DNA from: Mustelus asterias
Lineage: Eukaryota
Direction of reading: 5' to 3'
Assembly: GCF_964213995.1 (NCBI RefSeq)
Contig: NW_027590427.1
Span: forward strand, 62,001-126,000
Length of the DNA stretch: 64,000 nt
Each line of letters starts with the position of its first letter. Within the stretch, counting starts at the first letter, position 1. The position numbers and the translations under genes are program-made. The notes beneath the pieces are model-generated. The model did no database searches. It was not told where the DNA came from and saw nothing but the letters and a program-made list of their open reading frames with translations. Shown piece after piece: positions 1 through 11,767 of this stretch.

Positions 1-55
1 GGGATTTAAACATGAGGAACAGCACTGGTTCCTCATGGCCCTCGAGGCTTCCAGT

Positions 56-212
56 CCCACAGCTGGTTCACAGCTCCTGGTCCCACAGCTGGTTCACAGC
101 TCCTGGTCCCACAGCTCCTGGTCCCACTGCTCCTGGTCCTGCAGCATTTTCACAGCTCCTGGTCCCACAGCTCCTGCTCCCACAGCTGGTTCACAGCTCC
201 TGGATCCACAGC
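56..212. repeat. Minisatellite of interleaved ~15-bp (cacagctcctggtcc) and ~11-bp (cacagctggtt) units
   Basis: Direct repeats read from the sequence; they produce the PGPTA/HSSWS repeat ORFs in the track. Confidence 0.85.
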
Positions 213-317
213 TGACGGCTTCCAGGCTAACTGCAGACTGCCTGCTTTCTGTGAAAGGTCAAAGCCTTTCTCTTTTCTCCATACCGTTTAACTAAGGGTC
301 TGTGGAATATTCCATTC

Positions 318-705
318 GGGGGAGGTGGTGGGATAATGGGAATGTCGCTGGCCGAGTAATGCAGAGACCAGCAAAGGTTCTGGGGACAGACAGCCGGTGG
401 GATTTGAATTCAGTGAATCAATCTGGAATTATATAAAGTTAGTCTCAGTAACGGTGACCATAAAATTCTCAGGGATTGTTGTAAAAATCCATCCGGTTCA
501 CCCTATTAATACCCCCTATTAGGGAAGGAAATCTGCCACCCTTACCCGGTCTGGCCTACATGTGAATCCAGACCCACACAGCGATGTGGGTGACTCTTAA
601 CTGCCCCTCTGAAATGGCCGAGCAAGTCACTCCGTTCAGGGGCAATTAGGAGCTGAGCAACGTGTGCTGGGGCTTTGCCAGCAGTGTCCACATCCCAGGA
701 AAGAA
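318..705 (+). mobile_element. Degraded tRNA-derived SINE, family 2 (core agggaaggaaatctgcc...ggcctacatgtga); paralogue at ~45386-45770
   Basis: Same body as better-preserved copies at 6039, 17474, 29069, 50643, 51679 and 61870; family name not certain. Confidence 0.7.
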
Positions 706-1349
706 TAAAGAATATTCCACGGAAAGTGATGGGTGATTTGAAATGAATTGAAAGGAGGTCAGGAGGTGCTCGTATCGTCCAGAGCTGCTTTTCAATGGAT
801 CCTCCTGTTTAAAATAAAAACACATCAGTGTGCCCCTTTCCCAGACACACTGACCTTGGAATATCACTGCCGTTTTTAAACATTTCTTTGATAAAGAATC
901 AGTCATTTAGAATTGTGAAACAGACAGAAATTAAATGTTGCGTTTTTCCTGGGATCCTCCTGTGCCTGGCACCGGTGTCCTGAACAAGGTTATTAACATT
1001 CTCTGTGTTAAAGGTTCCTCCTGGTTCTTGCTGTCTGTTGTGTCCTTTGTCACAGTCGGTACCAGGACATTTCTATTGAAAGGTTGTTAAGAAATTCCAG
1101 TGAATTCCAGTCCCTTGTGTAACGTTCCATTTGGTGTGCGTCAGATTCAGAGATGTCCACGTGTGTGTGAAAAGGGTTCTGGGTAAGGGTTTTAACCCTT
1201 CTTTCCCCGTTAGTAACAATGAGCCCTGTATTCAATTCTAAAGTATAAAGTCCTCATTAGATATCAATTCTACCTGTTATCTACATTTCACCAACCAGTC
1301 TATATTTTCATCACAGGACTGCAGTGGGAGCACCGTCAACATCTTACTG

Positions 1350-2527
1350 ACTTGATCGATTTTATCGAGCAGATGACGAAGGTGATCGATGAGGGTAGAG
1401 CAGTGGATGTTGTGAACATAGATTTTAGTGAGGCTTTCGACAAGGTCCCTCATGGTCGGCTCATCCAGAAGATTAAGATGCATGGGATTCACGGTGACTT
1501 GGCCACTTGGATTCAGAATTGACTTGCCCATAGAAGTCAGAGAATAGTGGTGAGGGTGTTTTTCTGACTGGAGGTCCATGACTAGTGGTGTTCCACAGGG
1601 ATCCGTACTGGGACCTGCGCTATTTGTGATATATATATAAATGACTTGGATCAAAACGTGGATGGGTGGGTTAGTAAGCTTGCAGACGACACAAAACTAG
1701 ATGGAGTTGTGGATAGTGTAGAAGGTTGTCAGAGGATACAGTGGGATGTAGATCAGCTGCAGATATGAGCGGAGAAAGGGCAGATGGATTTTAATCCGGG
1801 CAAGTGTGAGGTGCTGCACTTGGGAGATCAAATATTAAGGATAACTATACAGTTAATGTACAGAGGGATCTTGGGGTTCAAGTCCACAGCTTCCTGAAAT
1901 TAGCCACACAAATATTTAGTCGGTAAAGAAGGCATATGGCATGCTTGCCTTTATTGAGTACAAGAGTCAGCATGCCATGTTGCAGCTTTATAAAACTTTG
2001 TTTGGGCTGCACTTAGAATATTGCGTTCAATTCTGGTCACCACATTACAGAAAGGATGCAGAGGCTTTGATGAGGGTGCAGAAGAGGTTTCCCAGGATGC
2101 TGCCTGGATTGGAGGGTGTGAGCGACTGACAAACGAGGGTTGTTTTCTCGATAGCGGTGGAGGGTGAGGGGAGACCTGATAGCAGTCTATAAAATGAGAC
2201 ACAGAATCTTTTCCCCCAGAGTTGTTATGTCTAATACCAGGGAGCATGCACTGAAGGTGAAACGGGGAAAGTTCAAAGGAGATGTGAGAGGTAGGTTGTT
2301 TTACACAGAGAGTGGTAGGTGTCTGGAACACGCTGCCAGGGATGGTGCTGGAGGCAGATACGATAGGGGCGTTTAAGGGGGTTTTAAATAAGCACATGAA
2401 TATGCAAGGAATAGAGGAATATGGACCAAGGGCAGGCAGAAAGGAATAGTTTAATTTGACATCATGTTCGACACAACATGGTGGGCTGAAGGGTCTGTTC
2501 CTGTGCTGTACTGTTCTACGTTCTATT
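1350..2527 (+). mobile_element. Degenerate 5'-truncated CR1/HER1-type LINE (RT region to 3' tail)
   Basis: Broken GVPQGSVLGP, ADDTK and LEYCVQFWSPHYRKD motifs; ends gtactgttctacgttctat. Confidence 0.9.
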
Positions 2528-2609
2528 TGTGATCTCCATTTAGAAAAAGGAAACAGAGGCACTGGAGAAGGAGCAAGAAAGATTCACAAGAATAATCCCA
2601 GAACTGTCA

Positions 2610-3393
2610 TCACTTGTGAACTCAATGGTGTTTCACCAAGTTTGCTGACTGAGTGAATCCCTTCCCAGTCAGAGCAGGTGACCAGCCTCTGCCTGGTGTG
2701 AACTCACTGGTGGGACATTAGTTCCCGAGAGCTTTTGAAGCCACGCCCACATTTAAAGGGTCTCTCCTGGGTGTGATGATGTTGTGTCTCGGCAGGCTGG
2801 ATAACTGAGTAAATCCTTTCGCACACACCAAGCAGGTGAATGGTTTCTCCCCGGTGTGAACTCACTGGTGTTTCAGCAGTGTTGGTGATATTCTAAACCT
2901 CCTTGAACAGTGAGAGCAGCTGAACGGCCTCTCCCCGGTGTGAATGTGCTCGGGGATCATCAGTTCCTGAGAGCTTCTGAAGCCGGCCTCTCAGGCAGAG
3001 CATTTAAAGGGGCTCTCCTTGGAGTGAGTGGCTTTGTGTCTCAGCATGCTGGATGACTGAGTGAATCCCTTCCCACACACAGAGCAGGTGAACGGTCTCT
3101 CCCCAGTGTGAACTCGCTGGTGTTCCTGCAGGTTGGATGACGTTTTAAACCTCTTTGAGCAGTGAGAGCAGCTGAACGGTCTCTCCTCAGTGTGAATGCG
3201 CTGGTGGGACACCAGTCCCTGAGAGCTTTTGAATCCGCTCCCACAGTCAGAGCATTTAAAGGGTCTCTCATTGGTGTGAGTGACTTTGTGTTTCAGCAGG
3301 CTGGATAATTGAGTGAATCTCTTCCCACACATAGAGTAGGTGAACGGCCTCTCCCCAGTGTGAACTCGCTGGTGTATCTGCAGGTTGCATGAA
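2610..3393 (-). pseudogene. 5'-truncated C2H2 ZNF remnant (3' fingers of the A/B gene type)
   Basis: ORF 2991-3332 has C2H2 fingers with TGERPF linkers, then stops and degenerate fingers. It is cut at 3393 by CR1 sequence and has no start or acceptor. Confidence 0.85.
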
Positions 3394-3822
3394 GTACTGG
3401 GACCTCTGCTCTTTGGGATACATATAAATGACTTGGATTAAAATGTGGATGGGTGGGTTAGCAAGCTTGCAGACAACACAAAGCTAGTTGGAGTTGTAGA
3501 TAGTGTAGAAGGTTGTCAAAGGATACAGTGGGATGTAGTTCAGCTGCAGATATGAGCGGAGAAATGGCAGATGGATTTTAATCCGGGCAAGTTTTTTTAC
3601 ATAGAGAGTGGTAGGTGTCTGGAACACGCTGCTCGGAGTGGTGGTGGAGGCAGATACAATAGGAGCATTTAAGGGGGTTTTAAATAAGCACATGAATATG
3701 CAAGGAATAGAGGAATATGGACCAAGGGCAGGCAGAAAGGAAGAGTTTAATTTGGCATCATGTTCGACACAACATGGTGGGCTGAAGGGTCTGTTCCTGT
3801 GCTGTACTGTTCTACGTTCTAT
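3393..3822 (+). mobile_element. Tandem-duplicated, internally deleted copy of the CR1 fragment 1605-2527
   Basis: Matches 1605-1805, then jumps to ~2297-2527; the same flanking sequence follows. Confidence 0.85.
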
Positions 3823-3998
3823 TTGTGATCTCCATTGAGAAAAAGGAAACAGAGACACTGGAGATGGGGCAAGAAAGATTCAAAGAATACTCCCAGAACT
3901 GTAATCACTTGTGAACTCACTGGTGTTTCACCAAGTTTGCTGACTGAGTGAATCCTTTCCCAGTCAGAGCAGGTGACCAGCCTCTGCCTGGTGTGAAC

Positions 3999-4736
3999 TC
4001 ACTGGTGGGACATGAGTTCCCGAGAACTTTTGAAGCCACGCCCACATTTAAAGGGTCTCTCCTGGGTGTGAGTGAGATTGTGTTTCAGCAGACTAGATAA
4101 TTGAGTGAATCCCTTCCCACACTGAGAGCAGGTGAACGGTCTCTCCCCAGTGTGAACTCGCTGGTGTGTCTGCAGGTTGTATGATGTTCTAAACCTCTTT
4201 GAGCAGTGAGAGCAGCTGAACGGTCTGTCCTCAGTGTGAATGCGCTGGTGGGACACCAGTTCTCCAGAGCTTTTGAAACCACTCCCACAGTCAGAGCATT
4301 TAAAGGGTCTCTCATTGGTGTGAGTGAGATTGTGTCTGCTGAGGTGGGATGAATGAGTGAATCCCTTCCCACACACCGAGCAGGTGAACGGTCTCTCCCC
4401 AGTGTGAACTCGCTGGTGTCTCCGCAGGTTGAATGATGTTCTAAACCTCTTTGTGCAATGAGAGCAGGTGAACGGTCTGTCCTCAGTGTGAATTCGCTGG
4501 TGGGACACCAGATACTGAGAGCTTTTGAAACCACTCCCACAGTCAGAGCATTTAAAGGGTCTCTCCTGGGTGTGAGTGACTTTGTGCTTCAGCAGGTAGG
4601 ATAACTGACTGAATCCCTTCCCACAGACAGAGCAGATGAATGGTCTCTCCCCAGTGTGACTGCGTTGATGAATTTCCAGCTCAGATGGGATTCTGTATCT
4701 CTTCCCACAGTCCCCACATTTCCACGGTTTCTCCAT
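3999..4736 (-). CDS. KRAB-less poly-C2H2 zinc-finger protein, 8 canonical fingers (gene A)
   Basis: [12 protein letters not shown]... with 8 CxxC-x12-HxxxH fingers; ATG in atcATGG; acceptor ttgactcacag|gatatt at 5085. Ends on a TGA inside a degenerate ninth finger. Confidence 0.8.
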   Translation of the reverse strand: MEKPWKCGDCGKRYRIPSELEIHQRSHTGERPFICSVCGKGFSQLSYLLKHKVTHTQERPFKCSDCGSGFKSSQYLVSHQRIHTEDRPFTCSHCTKRFRTSFNLRRHQRVHTGERPFTCSVCGKGFTHSSHLSRHNLTHTNERPFKCSDCGSGFKSSGELVSHQRIHTEDRPFSCSHCSKRFRTSYNLQTHQRVHTGERPFTCSQCGKGFTQLSSLLKHNLTHTQERPFKCGRGFKSSRELMSHQ

Positions 4737-5085
4737 GATGCGGGTGTCCTTGTGACTCTCCAGGTTAAACAATCAGTTAAATCTCACACAGAACACGGGT
4801 ACAGTCTCTCCCGCTATGAATGCTGCAATGTATTTTCAGGCTGTGTAACTGGTTAAAGCTCTTTCCACACTCAGTGCACTGGAACACTCTCACTCGGGTG
4901 TGTGTATCTCAGTGCATTTCTAGTAACAGCGATGTTTACAATCTTTTGAAGCCAAGAGGCCAGACGAACAATTCTCCTGCCAGGTTCAAAGGCCAATGAT
5001 ATTCAGGTCCCAAGAAATCGAGTCAATCTGTCAGATCTAGATGTGATGTTGGAGATTTCTGTCTGATTTCTCCTTGTCTAATATC

Positions 5086-5515
5086 CTGTGAGTCAATTTA
5101 GAAAAAAAACATCACAATTCAGAATACGATCAAAATTCAAATTGACATTTCTAGTTTCTATGGAGCATTCATTAAAGACACAGTCATGGAGCATTAAACT
5201 TGCCGAGCAGGGCCTCCCGTATCAGCACACAGGCAGCTGCATTGTGAGACTGCCAGCAGTACGGACAAGTCAGAGATAAGGGTGTCCTCAGAAGTGGGAT
5301 TCATTGTGAAAGCTCAGGGACGGTTGATAAGATGTAGGAATTCTATGATTCTAATGAATGTTCTTTCCTCTCCCATTCCCCAAAAGCTGTAAATCTCCAT
5401 CCCACACACTCTCCCTCCATTCTCACTCTGCTGTATCTAATATTCACCCTCCCAATTCTCCTGAAGGTGCTGATTGAGGCTGATTGACAGATCCATGCTC
5501 ACTGCTTCCTGTCCA
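5086..5515 (-). promoter_or_regulatory. Type I intronic splice-acceptor module (atctgtcaatcagcctcaatcagcaccttcaggagaattggg...agaaactagaa...ttacag)
   Basis: Recurs just before ZNF exons at 23490-23699, 33560-33707, 40495-40723, 49692-50120 and 57345-57555. Confidence 0.7.
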
Positions 5516-5529
5516 GCACAGAAATCAGA

Positions 5530-5920
5530 ACAAATAGGAGCTGCAGTCAGCATTCGGCCCATCGAGTCTGCTCAACCATTCATTCAGATTATTGGTTGAT
5601 CAACCTCTGCATTATTTTCCCCACACTGTCCCCCATATCCATCGATATCTTCAATATCCAGAAACCTATCAATCCCTCTCTTGAAAATTCTTGATGACTG
5701 AGGCTCTATAGTCCTCTGGGGTAGAGAATCCAAAACATCACCACGTCCTTGAGTGAAGAAATCCTTCCTCATCTGAGCTTTCTCTCCATTTTTCAGCCTG
5801 TTCCCAATAATTATTGACTCCCTTGTCATTCAAAAACTGTCTAACTCATCCTTGAATATATTCAATCCCTCCACTGGTCCCTATGGAAGAGAAATCTAGA
5901 CACTAACAATTCTCTGAGGG
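5530..5920 (-). mobile_element. Old CR1 3' fragment (paralogue ~50130-50520)
   Basis: RKDFFTQ...SLPQR...FKRGIDRFLD on the minus strand, the typical CR1 ORF2 C-terminus. Confidence 0.75.
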
Positions 5921-6038
5921 AAGAGATTGTTGGAAATATATAATATAGCTGCAGTCCAAAATTACACAGCCAGATATAATAAGTGTATTTTATTACAGAG
6001 CTATAAATAATATATCTAATCTGTACCATATAACAACA

Positions 6039-6430
6039 GGGGAGCTGATAGCCTTGTGGTATTAATCACCAGACTATTAATCCAGAAACATAGCTGATGT
6101 TCTGGGGACCCGGGTTTGAATCCTGCCACAGCAGATGGTGGAATTTGAATTTAAATACAAAATCTAGAATTAAGAATCTACTGATGACCATGAAACCATT
6201 GTCGATTGACCAAAAAACCCATCTGGTTCATTAATGTGCTTTAGGGAAGGAAATCTGCCATCCTTACCCAGTCTGGCCTACATGTGACTCCAGAGCCACA
6301 GCAATGTGGTTGACTCTCAAACAGCTTCTGAAATGGCCGAGCGAGCCATTCAGTTCAAGGGCAATTAGGGATGGGCAATAAATGCTGGCCCAGCCTGCAA
6401 TGCCCGTGTCCCAAGGATGAATAAAAAAAA
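6039..6430 (+). mobile_element. tRNA-derived SINE family 2, near full length (paralogue 50643-51033)
   Basis: A-box-like head, gggtttgaatcc B-box, conserved body and gaataaaaaaaa tail. Confidence 0.8.
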
Positions 6431-6774
6431 CATCAGACACGTCTCTGTCCTGTATTAGTTTACTGTCCCCTTTAATATATTTCAGAAATTAGATGGGCAC
6501 ATGAAGGAAATAAAGTTGCAGGGGAAAGGGAATATAGAAAGGGAATGGGACTGACTGGATTGTTCTACAGAGAGTCGGCATGGATTCGAGTTACTGAATG
6601 GACTCCTTCTGTGCCGTAATGACTCAATGAGTGAAAATATATAACATAGCTTCAGTGCTACATTATAAAACGAGAATTAATAATAAACGTACTTTGTTAC
6701 AGAACCATAAATATTATACCAAATCTACAATATAACAACACAAGGCATATCTCTGTCCTATATTAATTTATTGT

Positions 6775-7872
6775 CCTTTTAAATGCCAGCCATCACCTGG
6801 GGAAACCAGCTCTTTAATTGTGAACATTAGGAAAGGGACCTTTTAGCCAGACAAATCAATGAGTCAAGCTGAGGGAGCAAAGGATGTCAATGTCTTTAAG
6901 AGAAAGAGAAACCTGGGCCAACCTTTCCAGAGTCTGCAGCCTCCCTGGATTCACTCCGTTTCCCTTCAGTTGCTGCAAGTCCCCAATTTCCCCCAGAATG
7001 AGAAAAGAACTGGAAAGGGAGAGAAAAGAAAGTGTTTTACTCACAGATGTTGAAGACAGAAGGAAGTTTGAGTCTGTCTGAAGCTCAATCTTCATTCAGA
7101 GTGAGAGCAGCAGCAGCTTTGCTGGGCAGGAATGAACAGCCGAACAAGCTCATTGTCCACTTCCGCATTCAGACAATGGGGGAGCTCTGATTGGCTGGCG
7201 GACCAGAGAACTTCCGGTCCTCCAACTTTCCATTGGCCAACACCTCAGCATACAGGTCAAATGGTTGGCTCCCCCCGCACATGCGCATCTTCCCCTCTCC
7301 CTTGGACATGCGCAGTCCCGGGCCGAGGGAGGGGGCGATCACGACGCGGCTTCTCGCTCTGGCCGGAGCCGTCAGCCGGTTGATTGGAAACCGTGGCTGG
7401 AAGAGGTGAAGGGGGAGGGGGAACAATGGGTGGGGGCGGGGCTCCCGGGTCCGCGCGCCCGGGCCTGCGCACCGGAGACGTCATCGCGGAGCAGAATGAT
7501 TCCTATTGGCTGATTTAGGCAGAGCTCTATTATGGACGTCACAATGCGGAAGTTGTCCAAACTCCCTCCTCTGGGCAACATCTGGGAGGAAATCAATGTT
7601 TCCCCCTTTCCATTTCTTTTCTCATTCTGGGGGAAATTGGGGACTTGCAGCAACTGAAGGGAAAGGAAGTGAATCCAGGGAGGCTGCAGACTCTGGAAAG
7701 GTTACAGATGAAGACCGGATTCAGGAACAGGACTAGGCCCAGGTATATTTTTGTTTCTCTCTCAAAGACATTGACATCTTTTAGTTCCCTCAGCTTATCT
7801 GGCTAATAGGGTAGCCTCTGACCCAATGTTCACAATTCAGTTTTCCCAGAAGAGGGCTAACATTTAAATGAA
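6775..7872. repeat. Inverted repeat arms 6775-7025 and 7598-7872 flanking the promoter (paralogous first exon plus donor)
   Basis: ctttccagagtctgcagcctccctggattcac...gttgctgcaagtccccaatttcccccagaatgagaaaagaa is the reverse complement of ~7613-7700. Confidence 0.85.
7130..7560. promoter_or_regulatory. CpG-island bidirectional promoter
   Basis: CpG rich; several ATTGG (NF-Y), NRF1-like acatgcgca, GC box gggggcgggg and ETS cttccgg. Lies between divergent ZNF genes. Confidence 0.75.
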
Positions 7873-8033
7873 CTGTAAATTTGTATGGGAGAGAGATATG
7901 TTATTTATGATCCCATATTTTTTGTCTTGAAATATACAGCAGTGTGGCTGCTTTATCAATTTCCAGTGATGCAGAGATTACAACATAGAAGGAAATGCAT
8001 TTGGCAACTTAAATCCATGCTAACTCTCCGTGG

Positions 8034-8205
8034 TAGCCATGATGTGGAGATGCCGGCATTGGACTGGGTTGGGCATAGTAAGAAGTCTCACAACACCAGG
8101 TTAAAGTCCATCAGGTGAGTGACCTGAGGAAGGAGCAGTGCTCCAAAAGCTCGTGATTCCAAATAAACCTGTTGGACTTTAACCTAGTGTTGTGAGACTT
8201 ACTGT
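8034..8205 (+). mobile_element. Penelope-like element remnant with inverted repeats and a degenerate minimal hammerhead motif
   Basis: agtctcacaacaccaggttaaagtcc pairs with ggactttaacctagtgttgtgagact; centre reads ctgagga-a-ggagc-agt-gctcc-aaaa-gctc. Confidence 0.6.
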
Positions 8206-8821
8206 ACTCTCTGTGGAGCAATTTGGTCAGTTCCATTCCCTTGAGCTCCACGTCACATTGGAATGGATGAGAGTTCCAGATGAAGTGAGACTGGGGTGGA
8301 GTCGGGCGATGTCACTGAGATGGGAATAGGCGATTTTGATGATGTTGTGGATATGTGGTTGGAAGCTCATCTTGGGATGAAATATTTCACCATGGTTGTG
8401 AACAGTTTGGTTCAGCCTCAGACAGTTACCAGGAAGATAGAGTTGCTGGTGAGGGAGTGGAGTTTGTAGTGGGGACTGAAGACAATGGGTTCAGTCTTCC
8501 CAGTGTTTATATGAAAGAAGTTTCAGTTCTTTTAGTACTGGATTTCAGACAAGTCAGGATTGTGTGCGAGTTGTGGGGGGAGAAACTCGGAGGTGATGGC
8601 GTTCACATCTACCTGCTACCTCGGTCCTTCTAGGTGGTGGAGGTTGAGGATTTGGGAGATTCTGTCAAAGTTCCCATTGAGTTCTAGATGTATAAAATCC
8701 CTCTCCTTCACCCCGGCCCCTTCTACTTCTCTCTGTCTCCACTTGAGACCAGGTGCCAGATTTCCTTTCTTGACAGACATCAGCATAACACTTGGGTTTT
8801 TATGATAATCCAGCAGCTTTC

Positions 8822-9063
8822 CTCTGTGTGGGTTTCCTCCAGGTGCTCAGGTTTTCTCCCACAGTCCAGAGATGTGCAGATTAAGTGGGTTAGCCATTTC
8901 CCTTAGTGTCCCAAGACATGTAGGTTAGATGGATTAGCCATGGTAAATGTGTGAGGGTATGGGGATAGGGTGGGAGAGAGGCTCTGGGTAAGATACTATG
9001 TGAGAGAATTGGTGCGACCCATGGGTTGAATGTCCTCCTTCTGCACTGTAGGGACTCTATGAT
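8822..9063 (+). mobile_element. Degraded 5'-truncated HE1-like V-SINE
   Basis: V-domain gggtttcctccaggtgctc...cccacagtcca and tail ctgcactgtagggactctatg. Confidence 0.75.
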
Positions 9064-9069
9064 AATGTT

Positions 9070-10095
9070 GGAAAATGTGAAACAGTTCATTTTGGAAGGG
9101 AGAGCAGGGGAGTATTATTTAAATGAGGAAAAGACTGTAAAGCTGCAACACAACAGGACTTGGGGGACTTCTGCACAAAACACAGAAACCCAGCACACCG
9201 GTGCAGTTGGTAATCAGGAAGCCTAATAGAATGTTGGCCCTTATTTCAAGTAAAGTAAAGTTTATTTATTTGTCACAAGTAGGCTTACATTAACAATGCA
9301 ATGATGTTACTGTGAAAATCCACCAGTCGCCACACTCCGGCGCCTGTTCAGGTACACTGAGGGAGAATTTAGCATGGCCAGTTCACCTAACCTGCACATC
9401 TTTGGACTGTGGGAGGAAACCGGAGCACCCGGAGGAAACCCACGCAGAACCGGGGAGAATGTGCAAACTCCACACAGACAGTGACCCAAGCCAGGAATTG
9501 AACCCGAGTCTCTGGCGCTGTGAAGCAGCAGTGCTAACTGCAGTGCCACCGTGGTTGGAGTATATGAGTAGGGAAGTCTTGCTGCAACTGTACAAGGTAC
9601 TGGCGAGACCATATCTGGAGGACTGTGAGCAGTTTTGGTCTCCTTATTTCAGGAAAAATATTATTTCATTGGAGGCAGTTCACAGTAGATTCACTTGGAT
9701 TATCCCCGTTATGGAGGGATTGTTTTTTGAGGAAAGGTTAAACAGGTTGGGCCTCTCCTCATTGGAATTTAGAAGAATGAGAGGTGATCTCATTGAAGCA
9801 TATCGGATTCTTAAGGGACTTGACAAGGTAAATGCTGAGTGGATGTTTCCTCTCATGGGAGAGTCTAGGACCAGAGGGCACAGTCTCAGAATAAAAGGTG
9901 CCAATTTAAGACTGAGATCAGGAGCAATTTCTTCTCCCAGAGGGTTGAGAGTCTTTGCAACTCCTTGCCACAGAGAGCTGTGGGGGCAAAGCCCTTGTGT
10001 ATATTTTTGAACAGTAAGGAAATCAAGGGTTACGGGAAAAGGGCAAGAAAGTGGACATGAGGAATGTCAGATCAGCCACGATCCTATTGAATGGG
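9070..10095 (+). mobile_element. CR1 LINE 3' part interrupted by a nested SINE
   Basis: LLQLYKVLARPYLEDCEQFWSPY...RGDLIEAYRILKG; CR1 sequence resumes after 9552. Confidence 0.85.
9250..9552 (-). mobile_element. V-SINE with an alternative tail (...gtaagcctacttgtgacaaataaataaacttt) nested in CR1
   Basis: tRNA head and V-domain as in HE1 but a different 3' tail; isolated tails of this type lie at ~20275, 29632 and 51510. Confidence 0.75.
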
Positions 10096-10291
10096 TGACA
10101 TTCAATCCCTTCCCTGCAGGACATCAGTGAATCGCTTGGGTTTTTATGTCACTCCAGCAATTTTCATGGTCACTTTTTCCTGGTGCCGGCCCCAGAAATT
10201 ACCAGATTCATTCAGCTCAATTTCACAACCTGCCTTTGTGTTTTTGTGGGTTCTCTCTCACTTTTTTTTTCTTTTAAATTCAGTGTCACAG

Positions 10292-10945
<654 letters not shown>

Positions 10946-11039
10946 CAGTTGAAAAAAATTACAAGTAAATCACTATTTGCTATAGACCAAAGAAAGATAC
11001 TTTATTAGAAGAGTAAGGGTCACAAGGTAAAACAAGCCA

Positions 11040-11282
11040 AGTTCCAGAATATTAAACATCCAGTCCAGTTACAGAGATTGTAAACATCAACAGAAACAAA
11101 CCCAAACTATCAGAATGAACAGAGTTCAGTCTTGGATGTCATTAACAACAGCAGAATCCAAGCCCAGTAATCACTGCTGAACTCGCTGGTGTGTCAGCTG
11201 ATTGGATGATCGATTCTATCTTTCTCACATGTGGAGCAGGAGTCTGGTCTCTCCCCAGTCTGAACTCGCTGGTGTGTGTCTT
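11040..11282 (-). pseudogene. ZNF gene 3'-end remnant (last finger plus 3' region)
   Basis: Minus strand reads THQRVQTGERPDSCSTCEK...LTHQRVQQ* followed by the shared post-stop tail. Confidence 0.75.
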
Positions 11283-11767
11283 GGAGGTGATGGTTTTCCC
11301 AGGCGCCGGCTGCTCTTGTCTTTCCAGTGGGTGGAGTTATGGGTTTGGGAGATTCTTTCAAAATTCTAATTCAATTACGGATCTATGAAGTTCATCTTTT
11401 TTACCCTCCTTCACATCTCTCTCTCCTCCCATAGAAGCCAGAGCCTTGTGTAAGCCCCGACTGGTTGGCAGGTTCCCTTCCCTAAAGAACATTAGTGAAC
11501 CAGTTGGGTTTTTATGAGAAACCAGCAGTTTTCAGGGTCACTTTTTCCTAGCATAGGCCCCACAAATTACAAGATGAATTTAGCTCAATTTCACAACCTA
11601 CCTTTGTGTTTTTGTGGGTTCTCTTTTATATTTCCTTGATTCTGTCTTAAATTCATTTTACAGAATATTTGAAATGTTCACGATCAGGAAAGTCAAACCA
11701 AACATCACATCAAAATCTGACGGAGTCACTCGATTCATCAGGACTTGAATATCATCGGCCTTTGAAC

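Larger units (their letters stand above)
254..6905 (+). repeat. Segmental duplication copy A (direct repeat of 45320-51509)
   Basis: Colinear from aaaggtcaaagcctttc (254 / 45320) to tgtctttaagagaaa (6905 / 51509). Paired ORFs such as 1050-1235 and 46114-46299 are near identical. Confidence 0.95.

Noticed and set aside
5281-5303. ggtgtcctcagaagtgggattc as a tRNA-Leu primer-binding site
   Set aside because: The match is imperfect, with an insertion, and there is no adjacent LTR end or gag sequence.
6900-7750. KRAB, SCAN or BTB coding exon upstream of the ZNF exons
   Set aside because: No such motif is visible in any frame near the promoters; a very short or divergent exon cannot be excluded without an HMM search.
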